From Nitrospirales bacterium (GTDB taxonomy: Bacteria > Nitrospirota > Nitrospiria > Nitrospirales > UBA8639): DNA of 64,000 nucleotides. The DNA is taken from contig CBDBCZ010000019.1 of NCBI GenBank assembly GCA_965203295.1, forward strand, positions 1,568,001-1,632,000. The letters are read 5' to 3'. The position numbers and the translations under genes are program-made. Positions within the stretch are counted from its first letter, which is position 1; each line of letters opens with the position of its first letter. The notes beneath the pieces were generated by a model. That model saw only the letters and a program-made list of their open reading frames with translations. It had not been told where the DNA came from and did no database searches. Below are positions 46,133-56,090 of this stretch, one piece after another.

Positions 46133-47053
46133 TCAATGGAGTTGGGAAAGGAGGTACATCAGACCCATTCTCACGGCAACACCATTTGCCACCTGGTCTA
46201 AAATAGATGCTGAAAAACGATCCGCAACCTCAAGAGCGATTTCTATTCCCCGATTGATTGGACCAGGATGCATCACCAAGACGTCTTTATCAGCCAACTG
46301 AACTCGCTCGGATGTCAGCCCATACAACCGAGAATATTCACGAATGGATGGAAAAAACGAACTTCCTTGGCGCTCCAATTGAAGACGTAATGTGATAATG
46401 ACATCAACTCCGGACAAAGCCGGGTCAAGCCGATGAAACACTTTCACGTTAAGCCTGTCTAAATACGGCGGGATCATGGTTGGCGGTCCCACGACCGAAA
46501 CTTCAGCTCCCATCTTCGTTAACGCATAGATATCAGATCGAGCGACACGGCTGTGTGCGATGTCACCCACAATGGCCACTCGCAAACCTTTAAACTCTGC
46601 CTTTTTCTTGCTGATCGTGAAAAGATCCAGTAAAGCCTGAGTTGGATGCTCGTGCCAGCCATCCCCGGCATTAATCACAGAAGATCGGACCGCTCGGGCT
46701 AATGTTTCCGCTGCTCCGGCAGCAGAATGTCGCAGAACGATAATATCAGCCTGCATGGATTCAATATTCTGAGCTGTATCCAAAAGAGTTTCGCCTTTGG
46801 CCATGCTACTTGCCGAAACGGAAAAATTGATCACATCGGCGCTCAAGCGCTTGGCTGCCAATTCGAATGAAGTTCGAGTCCGTGTGCTCGGTTCGAAAAA
46901 TAAGTTGATGACTGTTTTCCCTCGAAGTGCAGGCACCTTTTTTATCTCCCGGCCACTCACTTCTTTAAACGGCTCCGATGCTTCAAGAATGAGAAGAATC
47001 TCATCTGTAGACAAGGAAGCGATGCTGAGTAGGTCTTTTCGTTTAAAGCTCAT
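46133..47053 (-). CDS. pyrB: Aspartate carbamoyltransferase catalytic subunit
   Basis: FFEPSTRTRTSF, HPTQALLD, MHPGP. Confidence 0.98.
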   Translation of the reverse strand: MSFKRKDLLSIASLSTDEILLILEASEPFKEVSGREIKKVPALRGKTVINLFFEPSTRTRTSFELAAKRLSADVINFSVSASSMAKGETLLDTAQNIESMQADIIVLRHSAAGAAETLARAVRSSVINAGDGWHEHPTQALLDLFTISKKKAEFKGLRVAIVGDIAHSRVARSDIYALTKMGAEVSVVGPPTMIPPYLDRLNVKVFHRLDPALSGVDVIITLRLQLERQGSSFFPSIREYSRLYGLTSERVQLADKDVLVMHPGPINRGIEIALEVADRFSASILDQVANGVAVRMGLMYLLSQLH

Positions 47054-47058
47054 CTCAA

Positions 47059-47619
47059 TCACCTTTCTCCCTTGAACGTTGAAACGCGATTTTCCTCACC
47101 CAGTTCCTCAAGAAAAACTCTAACAATTTGATCTCGAGATGTCGGAATATTCTTTCCGACATAATTGGCTCTGACAGGAAACTGCCGGTGACCTCGATCA
47201 ACTAATACGGCGAGCTGAATTTCGGCTGGACGTCCCAAATCAATGAGGCCATCCATAGCTGCACGGATCGTTCTACCCGTAAAAAGGACATCATCAACCA
47301 AAACCACTTTGAGATCAGAAACATTGAATGGAATCGAGGTTTTTCGGAGAATTGGTTGCCCTTTCCGAATTGACAAGTCATCCCGATACAAGGTGATGTC
47401 CAACTCCCCTATCGGAATCGCCACCTTTTCAATGTTCCGTATAAGGCCTTCCAGTCGATGAGCCAGATAGACCCCACCCGTTCGTATGCCCACAAGGGCC
47501 AAATCCTTCGAGCCCTTATTACGTTCTAAGATTTCATGGGCAATGCGAGTTAAGGCGCGTGCCATCTCGTGCCCATCCATAATCAAAGTTTCTTCGGCCA
47601 GGTTGTTTTCAGAAGCCAT
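47059..47619 (-). CDS. pyrR: Pyrimidine operon attenuation protein / UPRTase PyrR
   Basis: RIAHEILE, DITLYRDD, VDDVLFTGRT, DRGHR. Confidence 0.97.
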   Translation of the reverse strand: MASENNLAEETLIMDGHEMARALTRIAHEILERNKGSKDLALVGIRTGGVYLAHRLEGLIRNIEKVAIPIGELDITLYRDDLSIRKGQPILRKTSIPFNVSDLKVVLVDDVLFTGRTIRAAMDGLIDLGRPAEIQLAVLVDRGHRQFPVRANYVGKNIPTSRDQIVRVFLEELGEENRVSTFKGER

Positions 47620-47691
47620 AGCAGAGTATTAGAGATTCAATACTTCCCAAAAGGCGATCTTGGGAAACCCATTCCGGCACAACAATTTATG

Positions 47692-47865
47692 GGCAGATTG
47701 TCCAGAAAGGCTTTCTCCCCTGCATTCCTGAACGCAAAAGGATTTGGCCGCGTAAACGAGACTTTAAGCTTCGCTTCCAACTTTCGTGGTCGAGTAGGCT
47801 GCTACTTCAGAGGAAGATGGGCAAAGGCATGGCGCACCGCTGAAGGCCTGTTTGAACAGGCTGCC
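47692..47865. mobile_element. Degenerate MITE-like element (174 bp) in the pyrR leader
   Basis: Ends ggcagattgtccagaaaggc and gcctgtttgaacaggctgcc match 15/20 as inverted repeats; no transposase. Confidence 0.5.
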
Positions 47866-47869
47866 TGGC

Positions 47870-47904
47870 AAAAAAAGGCCTTCTGCCTAAAATTGGACAG
47901 AAGG
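47870..47904 (-). terminator. Attenuator terminator of the pyr operon
   Basis: ccttctgtcc-loop-ggcagaagg, then cc and T7. Confidence 0.8.
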
Positions 47905-47954
47905 ATTCGGCTTGTTCTCTTTACCGGGCAATGCCCAGAGTGCATGTCCTATCT

Positions 47955-47985
47955 CCTTCCCACCTCTCTGGATGGACATTAAAGG
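47955..47985 (-). ncRNA. PyrR-binding loop (pyr attenuator RNA)
   Basis: Minus strand CCTTTAATGTCCATCCAGAGAGGTGGGAAGG fits the CCUUUAA...UCCAGAGAGG...AAGG consensus; it lies upstream of the terminator and pyrR. Confidence 0.85.
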
Positions 47986-47992
47986 TTTTTTC

Positions 47993-48021
47993 ATCCTATT
48001 GATAATGGTCAATGAAGTCAA
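47993..48021 (-). promoter_or_regulatory. sigma70-type promoter of pyrRBC
   Basis: TTGACT-N17-TAGGAT just upstream of the PyrR loop. Confidence 0.65.
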
Positions 48022-48066
48022 GCCATTTGGGAAAGGTTATAAAAGATGAATTGTTTAAGGGATTTT

Positions 48067-49851
48067 TCATGTGGTCCTTCGTAGAATCCACAAAGTCAGT
48101 CTTTCATTGACCTTGGCTCTGGGAAGAATAGAGCGGTGCATGTGGAAGGTTGGAAGATTCGACGCCGTTTCATGGTGAATAATTTCAAGTTGAGCCTTAT
48201 CGAAATGAGAGGAAAGATCATGTGGCCCAGCGATAAATGCAAGCCCATTAGGCTGTAATGTATGTGAGATCCTGCTCAAAATTCGAGCAAGGACATCCTG
48301 TCGGTCAAAATCAGACATGGGCAACCATACATACAAGAGGTCAAACGCTTGTTGATAGGCGGATTCACAATATGACTCACGAGGGAAGAAACGGATCTTC
48401 TTGCTCCAATCCAACTGACTTGACCGAGTAAGTCTATTCCAAAGGGATTGGGCATGCTTTTGAGCAAAGGCTTGGCGAGAAAACACAATTGTGTAATTTC
48501 GTGGACGATCAAGAGAAAGGCATGTTCCTATGACCGCGTCAAAATTTTCAATCATGACTTGAGAACTGGCCCCTACTTTATGGGAAAGAAAGGGGTTTTC
48601 TTCCAAGATATCTTCAAGATAATCAGCGAGAAATGGTTGGCTTTCTAGCTCCCCTATTTCTGTGTCATCTTCGGGATAGAGTAAAACAGTAGAAAAAGCC
48701 TCTCGGGGAGCGACTTCTGGGGCAGATCCTTCAAAAAATTCTCTCCAGTCTGTCTCAGGGATCATTCTTCCTGATTGACCAGTATTTTGACGTATCTCCC
48801 ATGAGCTTGGAAGAGGGAACGTTTTCTCATTTTGAAAATCTTTTAAGACAAGGAATCCATCTTTCGTATCGAATGCCTTCCCACAGGGGACAAACCCTTG
48901 TGGGTTCGGTTTAAAAAACGGTAGACCGGTGGGGTCATCAACACGTGTGACTTTTTGAATGGATCCTTGGACAAGGGTCAAACAAAAGTGATGTTCAGAG
49001 GCAATATAGCGCAAGGGAGGGTCTGGCTTGGATCGCCATGTGACTTCACTAGATCGGGTTGGATCCATAAATAACGCTAAGGGGCTGCCAGATCCGATGC
49101 AACTGGGAGTAAAGAATGCGCTGAATAGTCCATAGGCGGCTTCTGAGGGATACGTTGGAATCCCTCGGTAGACAAGAGGAAGCGGTGACTCAGGGTTTTG
49201 ATCATCATAAAGCCCACGAATCAGCTCAAAAGTGGCATTGCCAGTCCCTTGAAGAAGTGATAGAAACAGTTCCACGACAGGCAAAAAATCTATTCGTTCC
49301 CAATGCATGGCCCCCATACAGGACATAAATTTAGCATGTTCAAACGTTCCATCAGGCAATACGTACAGAGCATCTTTGCGCTGTCGGATCGTTGCCATTC
49401 CAGACGAACTAATCAGCAAATCATCATCTTCATAGAAAAATTCGACCTCCTTCACTGGAACCTTTAACGCGTGGGAAACCATGAGGCGCAGATCGTCACG
49501 TGAAAGACGTTCCCAGCCTGGCCTTTTTGAAAGATCGAAAGATGTCGAGTTAATTAACCCCTCTGGTTTGATGCCTACCCATTGCCCCCAATCTAAATAC
49601 ATCCGAGCAGCTATCAACTTAACTCTTCCATGCTCATCATGGGTCCATTCGCATTCATGAAGCGGATGCCCTTCCGGATCCGTGAGAAGCACACGACGTC
49701 CATGGGGACCGTAATACACGGTATGTCCGCTGGGTTGTTGGTTAGCCTTCCAGTCATTAGTCTCAAGCGTTTCTAACAAACAGCGGTTGCCAGGTAGAAC
49801 AATGGTCCCTGGATGGTTCAAGTTTTTAGAAAAGTCAGTTTCGGAGGTCAT
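48067..49851 (-). CDS. Large hypothetical protein with a degenerate methyltransferase-like C-terminus
   Basis: 594-aa ORF; C-terminal FDLLYVW...TLQPNGLAFIAGP resembles class I MTase strands, with no GxGxG. Confidence 0.8.
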   Translation of the reverse strand: MTSETDFSKNLNHPGTIVLPGNRCLLETLETNDWKANQQPSGHTVYYGPHGRRVLLTDPEGHPLHECEWTHDEHGRVKLIAARMYLDWGQWVGIKPEGLINSTSFDLSKRPGWERLSRDDLRLMVSHALKVPVKEVEFFYEDDDLLISSSGMATIRQRKDALYVLPDGTFEHAKFMSCMGAMHWERIDFLPVVELFLSLLQGTGNATFELIRGLYDDQNPESPLPLVYRGIPTYPSEAAYGLFSAFFTPSCIGSGSPLALFMDPTRSSEVTWRSKPDPPLRYIASEHHFCLTLVQGSIQKVTRVDDPTGLPFFKPNPQGFVPCGKAFDTKDGFLVLKDFQNEKTFPLPSSWEIRQNTGQSGRMIPETDWREFFEGSAPEVAPREAFSTVLLYPEDDTEIGELESQPFLADYLEDILEENPFLSHKVGASSQVMIENFDAVIGTCLSLDRPRNYTIVFSRQAFAQKHAQSLWNRLTRSSQLDWSKKIRFFPRESYCESAYQQAFDLLYVWLPMSDFDRQDVLARILSRISHTLQPNGLAFIAGPHDLSSHFDKAQLEIIHHETASNLPTFHMHRSILPRAKVNERLTLWILRRTT

Positions 49852-49964
49852 GCAACTCTTGTCATGGCGAAGGGTAACGAACCATCAAACCACACTTACT
49901 GCATATTTTCTTGGGAAATGAAGTCCTGTGAAGCAGGAAAATTGTATTGAGGGGACAGCTCAGG

Positions 49965-51278
49965 TTATTCTCGAATTTGCCCCGACCCATATACGATATA
50001 CTTGGCGCAGGTGAGATCTTCCAAACCCATCGGCCCCCTTGCGTGAATTCGAGTCGTGCTGATTCCGATTTCCGCCCCGAGTCCAAACTGGTATCCATCG
50101 TTGAGCCTTGTTGACGCATTGATCATGACCGCACTGGCATCAACTTCACGCAAGAAACGTGTGGCATTGGCATAATCGCTGGTCAGGATAGTTTCCGTAT
50201 GCCGGGACCCATAGGTTTCAATATGATCCATCGCTTGATCCATATCTTTCACGACCTTCACGGCTAAAATAAGCCCGAGAAATTCCTGGCCATAATCCGC
50301 ATCCGTCGCTGGCTTGGCTTCTGAAATAAGGCTGCATGTTTTAGGACATCCACGAATATCGACCTTCGCTTCAAGAAGCTGCTTTCCTAATGCCGGCAAA
50401 AGGGTTCGGGCTATTTTTTCATGGACTAACAAGGTTTCCATCGCATTGCAGGTGGACGGACGTTGGACTTTGGCATTAAAACACACACGTTGGGCCATAT
50501 TCACATCCGCATTGCTATCTACATAGATATGGCAGATACCCTTATCGTGCTTAATGACTGGAATGGTAGAATGGGTTGTCACTGTTTCCATCAATGAGTC
50601 CCCGCCGCGTGGGATAATGATATCGATGAAACGATCCTGTTTGAGAAGTTCAATGACCACTTCTCGTTCCGTACGATCGACAAAAGAAATCGCGCCCTCT
50701 GGGATACCCGATTTTTGAGCAGCTTCTGATAAAAGATCGGCAATGGCTATATTGGAGTGAATGGCCTCGGACCCACCCCGAAGCACGCAAACATTACCAG
50801 ATTTCAAGCACAAGGCAGCCGCATCAGCCGTCACGTTGGGCCGGGATTCATAAATGATTCCAATCACACCAATAGGAACCCTCACACGCCCCACCTGCAT
50901 ACCATTTGCCCGACGGTTGAAGCCTAAGGATTCTCCCACCGGGTCTCTTAGTTGGGCTATTTCCCGAATGCCTTGCGCCATTTCCGTAATTCGTTCCGCC
51001 GTAAGTTTCAAGCGGTCAGCCATGGCCTCTCGACCTTCGTATTTCTCCTCAAAGGCCTCGATATCTTTTTCATTAGCCTCCAACAAGGCCTCGACGTTTT
51101 CTTCCAAGTTCGCCGCCATAAGATCAAGGGCCTTATTTTTTGCTGCAGTCGTTAGAGCACCAAGAGGTCTTGCAGCCGCCCTCCCTTTTTGCAAGAGTTC
51201 CTCAAGATACTCTTGTGGAGTTTGAGGAACCTCTTCGACCGTTTCTTCCTGAGTGGTCTCAATATTTTCGGTATCCAT
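49965..51278 (-). CDS. proA: Gamma-glutamyl phosphate reductase
   Basis: YESRPNVT, RGGSEA, CNAMETLLV, HARGPMGL; start at MDTENI. Confidence 0.97.
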   Translation of the reverse strand: MDTENIETTQEETVEEVPQTPQEYLEELLQKGRAAARPLGALTTAAKNKALDLMAANLEENVEALLEANEKDIEAFEEKYEGREAMADRLKLTAERITEMAQGIREIAQLRDPVGESLGFNRRANGMQVGRVRVPIGVIGIIYESRPNVTADAAALCLKSGNVCVLRGGSEAIHSNIAIADLLSEAAQKSGIPEGAISFVDRTEREVVIELLKQDRFIDIIIPRGGDSLMETVTTHSTIPVIKHDKGICHIYVDSNADVNMAQRVCFNAKVQRPSTCNAMETLLVHEKIARTLLPALGKQLLEAKVDIRGCPKTCSLISEAKPATDADYGQEFLGLILAVKVVKDMDQAMDHIETYGSRHTETILTSDYANATRFLREVDASAVMINASTRLNDGYQFGLGAEIGISTTRIHARGPMGLEDLTCAKYIVYGSGQIRE

Positions 51279-51879
51279 GTTTACGAAATCCTTTAATCGA
51301 CATCGGTTATGATTAATTAAGAGAAGAGAAATACGTGACCACCTACAATGCTTGGGCGAGAATACCGTTGAATTCAAAAATCCGTCAAGGTCATGGTCCC
51401 CAATCAATTCGAAGTGTCTAGACTTGAAAACCACGGATTCGTCAGCAACGTTAGACCAACGCAACCCTGAATTCAAAACGGGTGCAAGTATTACCAAAAG
51501 TGTGGTAATATTACCAGGAAAGGAGAATGTGTCTTGAAAATTCGAGTCTTGTGATGTCACTGATCTGATCTGGCCTTAAGAGAGAAATCTTGAGGTTCCT
51601 CTTGTCCTAGCACGGGCTTTCTTGTTGATGACCACGTTCTGATCGATGCAGGAACAGCGGCCTCAGATCTTGAGTTATACGAATTTTTCTGCTCTCCCCG
51701 TTGAACCCCCGTTTATTGAGTATTTCTTGTAACTTTCTCGTTCAATCAAAAAGTTGAAAATATTTGGGATTTTAGTGAATGAGCTCTTCCCTTCTTGATT
51801 TTACAATAAGAAACTTGCTACACAGAACCTCCTTTAATGTCAAAAAACAGATCAACGCTTCTTCTACATATCCTACGGT

Positions 51880-51955
51880 GCCGAGGTAGCTCAGTTGGCA
51901 GAGCACAGCCCTGAAAAGGCTGGTGTCGACAGTTCGATTCTGTCCCTCGGCACCA
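51880..51955 (+). tRNA. tRNA-Phe (GAA)
   Basis: GCCGAGG/CCTCGGC acceptor, CAGCC-CTGAAAA-GGCTG anticodon arm, TTCGATT loop, CCA; 76 nt. Confidence 0.97.
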
Positions 51956-52269
51956 CCTCTCTTACATATCTTACATAGTCCCCTCTCTTATTTCCTCAAT
52001 AATGGAGTTCGCCTAAAGATGGATAAGGCCTTTCTTTCGATGCGTTGCGTCTCGTTCTCCAGAAACGGTTAACGACACAAGAGCAAATTTTGGTGCTCAT
52101 TTTTTTTGATTAGTGCTAATTGCCCATGCTCTGCAGGGAAAGCAAGATGGATTCTCGCTAAAGACTGTGGGTATGACAGACAGAAAGTTTTCCATGACAG
52201 CGGCCACCCATCTTCACAATTTTGCTGGCCCCGCCAGAAAGATGAAATGCAAGATTTAGCGTCGCAATG

Positions 52270-52309
52270 AATTGACAATAAATAAATTTACGTCACAATA
52301 CTGTCAATT
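52270..52309. promoter_or_regulatory. Inverted repeat / putative operator containing TTGACA in both arms
   Basis: aattgacaata-N18-tactgtcaatt (10/11 match), 32 nt before the ATG at 52342. Confidence 0.5.
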
Positions 52310-52341
52310 TAAAGTAAAGCTCACTAAAACTTCGGGTTGGC

Positions 52342-52908
52342 ATGGAAAGACTCAAGCTACGCATAAAAGTCAATCAACAAGAGTTCGAGGCAGAGGGATC
52401 ACGAGATACCGTCTGCAAGCAATTTCAAATTTTTAGGTTACTGCTTGAACGCATGACACAAAATCAAACAGACTCCAGTGCCCCTGACCAAGCTCTTAGT
52501 CATGTATCGCATCTGGGATCTCCCCTCCCCTCAACAATTCCAAATTCATTCAACCCAGACTTGCCAACAGAATTGTATAAAGTGGTAGCTCCCATCCCCG
52601 AAACGCCCCACATGGTGTGCAAGGTTATCCCACCAGGAAAAAGGAAGAAAGCGGATACCATTTTGTTATTGCTGTTAGGGTTCCGACTCATCCGAAATAG
52701 ACAGGAAGTGCCTGTCCTTATTCTCAATCAGGCCCTAAAACAATCAGGCAGCTCCCCTGCCCGGCTCGATCGAGTGCTCAGCCCGTACATAAAGGAAAAA
52801 CTGGTTCTTAAATCAGGAAAAGGCAAAGGAGGGAATTATCAATTGACAAATGACGGAATAGAACGTGCCAAAGAGAAGGCCATGGAAATTGCTCGGCTTC
52901 TGCCATAA
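52342..52908 (+). CDS. Hypothetical protein with a C-terminal winged-helix-like domain
   Basis: N-terminal LRIKVNQQEFEAEG; C-terminal LVLKSGKGKGGNYQLTNDGIERA wing. Confidence 0.75.
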   Translation: MERLKLRIKVNQQEFEAEGSRDTVCKQFQIFRLLLERMTQNQTDSSAPDQALSHVSHLGSPLPSTIPNSFNPDLPTELYKVVAPIPETPHMVCKVIPPGKRKKADTILLLLLGFRLIRNRQEVPVLILNQALKQSGSSPARLDRVLSPYIKEKLVLKSGKGKGGNYQLTNDGIERAKEKAMEIARLLP

Positions 52909-53146
52909 GATTTTGGCAGAAGAAGGGTCGCACCCACTTCTTTAACTAAACACTAAACAATGGACTGAAAAGCAACGGGATGTCTCCATTTTCCCTACCC
53001 TTACTCTGTTTACGTATTGCAGGAGTCCCCCGCAACAATCAAGGTTGTTCACGAGGGGACTATATTTATATAATGAATACTAAAGAACTTCAGAGCCAAG
53101 AATTAAGAATTCTTTCATTTTTGTGAAGTTTAAGGAGGCATCACTT

Positions 53147-53821
53147 ATGGAAATGTATACACGTCAGGAAACTCAAACAGACATTCAGGATGATCCAAAA
53201 GCACGAGATCTTCTTCGAGGAGCATTTGAGAAAACCGCTCGTTGGCAGCCAGATTTTGCTGGGTTTGAAGCAAAACTGCGAATTAATGTGAATGGTAAGG
53301 AAACCCAGGGAGTCGTAACGGTAAAAAGCTCAAAAGATGTGACCGTTTCCTTACCAGATCCGGACCTCCAAAAGTGGGCCCAAAATCAGATTGGGATGAT
53401 TGCCGTTCACAGAGGACCACGAAACTTTGACGAATCAGATGGAAAATATTCCCTAACATTGGAAGGAGACGATAGTCATCCTCTCGGCCCCCGCCTGTTG
53501 ATTCATGGAGATGGCATGGGATCCTCCTATCGCATCAAGAATGACCGAATTACTCAGATTAACCGAAAAATGCCTCATATGGCCTTTACCATCAATGTCG
53601 AAGAAAGTGCCGTCACTCAGGACCAGAAACACCTGACCACGCGATATACCGTCTATTACTTTTCGCCAAAAGATGGGAGCCTGCAAAACGTCGATAGCTT
53701 TTCAGACACACATACTCGCATAGGCGCTTCGGATCTTCCTGCAACACGGCGAATTATTTCTTATGAAAATGGAGAAGTCGTGACAAAGACCATGGTCTTT
53801 GAATATCACAAAATGCTGTAA
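53147..53821 (+). CDS. DUF3386-family protein
   Basis: ARDLLRGAFE..ARWQPDFAGF, IAVHR, YRIKNDRITQINR; SD aaggagg. Confidence 0.75.
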   Translation: MEMYTRQETQTDIQDDPKARDLLRGAFEKTARWQPDFAGFEAKLRINVNGKETQGVVTVKSSKDVTVSLPDPDLQKWAQNQIGMIAVHRGPRNFDESDGKYSLTLEGDDSHPLGPRLLIHGDGMGSSYRIKNDRITQINRKMPHMAFTINVEESAVTQDQKHLTTRYTVYYFSPKDGSLQNVDSFSDTHTRIGASDLPATRRIISYENGEVVTKTMVFEYHKML

Positions 53822-53835
53822 CTCTTATTGTTGAC

Positions 53836-54276
53836 ATGGATCTTTGCTCTCAATTTCCACGAAGTGTGCGGGAACGGTTAGGAGGGTATGTCCACTTAGC
53901 AAGAATGTTGGACAAAAGCCGGGCCTCGTTGTCTGGAACGCTAGGAGAATATGTCTACCCCTGTCCTCTGGACAAGTTGTTTCTGGAATTTATCGGAATT
54001 TCAGATCAGCGTTTTTTGGAGGTCGTGAAAGAGCGGATAGATCAAGAGGTTGAAGATTGGATCAAGCAAAATGCCGTCCCGCATTCTCAACCTGAAATTG
54101 AATCGTGGAATGACATGATGTTAACTCGTGGTCCGGATAGCAAAGAGAAATGGGAATATTTTCAGAAAATTCGTGACTCCATTGATCCAGCACGCACTGA
54201 CATTACCACATGGGCAGATTTACTGGATTTGGAAGAATATCGTCCCATACCAAACTCTGAGGCGATGACAAACTAA
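53836..54276 (+). CDS. DUF5069-family protein
   Basis: DL...PRS...LGGYVHLARMLDK.RA...GTLGEY.YPCPLD. Confidence 0.85.
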   Translation: MDLCSQFPRSVRERLGGYVHLARMLDKSRASLSGTLGEYVYPCPLDKLFLEFIGISDQRFLEVVKERIDQEVEDWIKQNAVPHSQPEIESWNDMMLTRGPDSKEKWEYFQKIRDSIDPARTDITTWADLLDLEEYRPIPNSEAMTN

Positions 54277-54554
54277 CATCGAGAAATATGATGAAGATCA
54301 ATATTCACACCTCAACCTTAAAATGGTTGTTCACCCTTTCCTTCCTATGGGCCATTTGGATGAATCTCAAATAATCCAGCAATAATTCTACTTAAAGATT
54401 TTTTGGATTTTCCCTAACACATCTTATATTGCGACTGGCCTAATCACGGCAAACGTTGCAGGGCGGTCTTTTTTAGTGACCTTTTTACCACTGGAGATTC
54501 CCAACCAACCTCCCAATTTCAGGATCAACAGGTTGCGGATAAAGGCTTGACCTC

Positions 54555-55295
54555 TTAACCCAACCCCCGGCCGCTCATTCCTCCACCGAATCCGCCAAAA
54601 TTCCCGCCGAATCCCCCTTGCCCAGTCCCCCAATATTCTCCACGACGCCAGCGTTGGAAGGGATGACTTCGTTCTGGACGTGTAAACCGCCAAAGCGCAA
54701 TCAACATGACCACGACTGCGCTCAGATTCATCCAAAAGCCGGCACTCGACTTTTTTTTGCCCCCCGAAGGCGCTGGCATTTGCCCAGCATCAGAAGCGAG
54801 CAAGACCGTGGCTTGGTATAGGTGTTCCCCGTAATCACCAACTTGAAACATAGACATAAAATGCCGATCTCGAAGGTCATCTAATCGGCTTCTGGTAATG
54901 CCGGAGAGAAGATTAGGACCCAAAACTACGACAGCTTGCTGTTCTTCCATTGCCGTCAGGACCAAAATGCCGCGCTCTTGTTGTGCAGTTCCGATTCGCC
55001 ACCCCTCATATAACTTGGCCCCATATTCCTGCGCATTGGCCAAAGGAGAAACTGTGGGGAGAGTGACCACGATCATCTCGATGCCAGTTCGGTCTTCGAG
55101 TTCTTTACAGGCGGATCGAATTCGAGCTTGCCATACATCATCCAAAATCTCTGCATAATCACTCACATAGCCAAGTGGTCTTGGCAGGTTGAGTTGTTCT
55201 TCTGTTGCAGAAGCAGCCTGGCAAGGGAGAAAGAACACCATGAGAGCGAGGAGATAGAGTATGGGTGACCTTGCGCGATTCTTGATTGATTTCAC
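54555..55295 (-). CDS. TPM-domain membrane protein with Gly-rich tail
   Basis: GYVSDYAEIL, WRIG...ERGILVL, FGGFGGGMSG. Confidence 0.88.
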   Translation of the reverse strand: MKSIKNRARSPILYLLALMVFFLPCQAASATEEQLNLPRPLGYVSDYAEILDDVWQARIRSACKELEDRTGIEMIVVTLPTVSPLANAQEYGAKLYEGWRIGTAQQERGILVLTAMEEQQAVVVLGPNLLSGITRSRLDDLRDRHFMSMFQVGDYGEHLYQATVLLASDAGQMPAPSGGKKKSSAGFWMNLSAVVVMLIALWRFTRPERSHPFQRWRRGEYWGTGQGGFGGNFGGFGGGMSGRGLG

Positions 55296-56056
55296 AACTC
55301 ACCCGCGCTTTTCATTTCTTGAATTCGGAGCCCTATGCTTTCCAACGAAGCCACATATCGTTCGAACAGACGTGGCAACTCTATGGTTCCCGGACTGCCT
55401 AAATCACGTTTCATCGTCAAGACTTCCTCAAAAACCATGGGCTCTACCTGGAGATTTTCCTTGAGTTGTTTAAGCACCGCCTCAGAATCGTAACTCACCG
55501 TTTTCCGGAGAATTCGATAGAGTCCTCGAAGGCACGGAAGCAGGGCCGTAAGAGAAATAGGCAGTATCGTTTGAATGGCCTCAGGCCGACCCCTACCCTC
55601 CACAAACTGCTGGCGTAGTCTTAGCAGATTACCTTGAATTTCCTGTTCACACAAAAGGGTAAGATGACTTTCGTTGATTGGTAATCTGGGAAAAGGATTT
55701 TGCCCTTCAAGCACGATATGCTGATCCCTCATTTCGAGAAACTCCAGAGGGAAAAGATCAGCCGCCACCCTTAACTCCCCTTCTGTAAAAAATAAGGGAG
55801 TCACGATGTTCTCCTGGCTCCAAGACCGTTGCATTCTGGCACATTCTTGAAGCATCACTAAATTCACTTGTGCCATGAGCAAAAGGACATTGATGTTGGA
55901 CCGTCCTTCAATATATTCGCCTCTTGCCACACTGCCATAGAGGATGATCCCCAGAATATCGTCGCCGAAGGATTTTTTTAATTGAGCCACAAAACGGGAA
56001 AGTCTCTCTCGTACATCTTTCGGCGTATCCTGGTAGGTTGTTGTTAAGGAAGTCAT
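55292..56056 (-). CDS. Pol-beta-like nucleotidyltransferase-fold protein
   Basis: ILYGSVARGEY...SNIN, DLFPLEFLEM; overlaps the TPM gene start. Confidence 0.82.
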   Translation of the reverse strand: MTSLTTTYQDTPKDVRERLSRFVAQLKKSFGDDILGIILYGSVARGEYIEGRSNINVLLLMAQVNLVMLQECARMQRSWSQENIVTPLFFTEGELRVAADLFPLEFLEMRDQHIVLEGQNPFPRLPINESHLTLLCEQEIQGNLLRLRQQFVEGRGRPEAIQTILPISLTALLPCLRGLYRILRKTVSYDSEAVLKQLKENLQVEPMVFEEVLTMKRDLGSPGTIELPRLFERYVASLESIGLRIQEMKSAGEL

Positions 56057-56090
56057 ATGGGCATGAGTGAGTAAGGAGGATTTATCCTAT

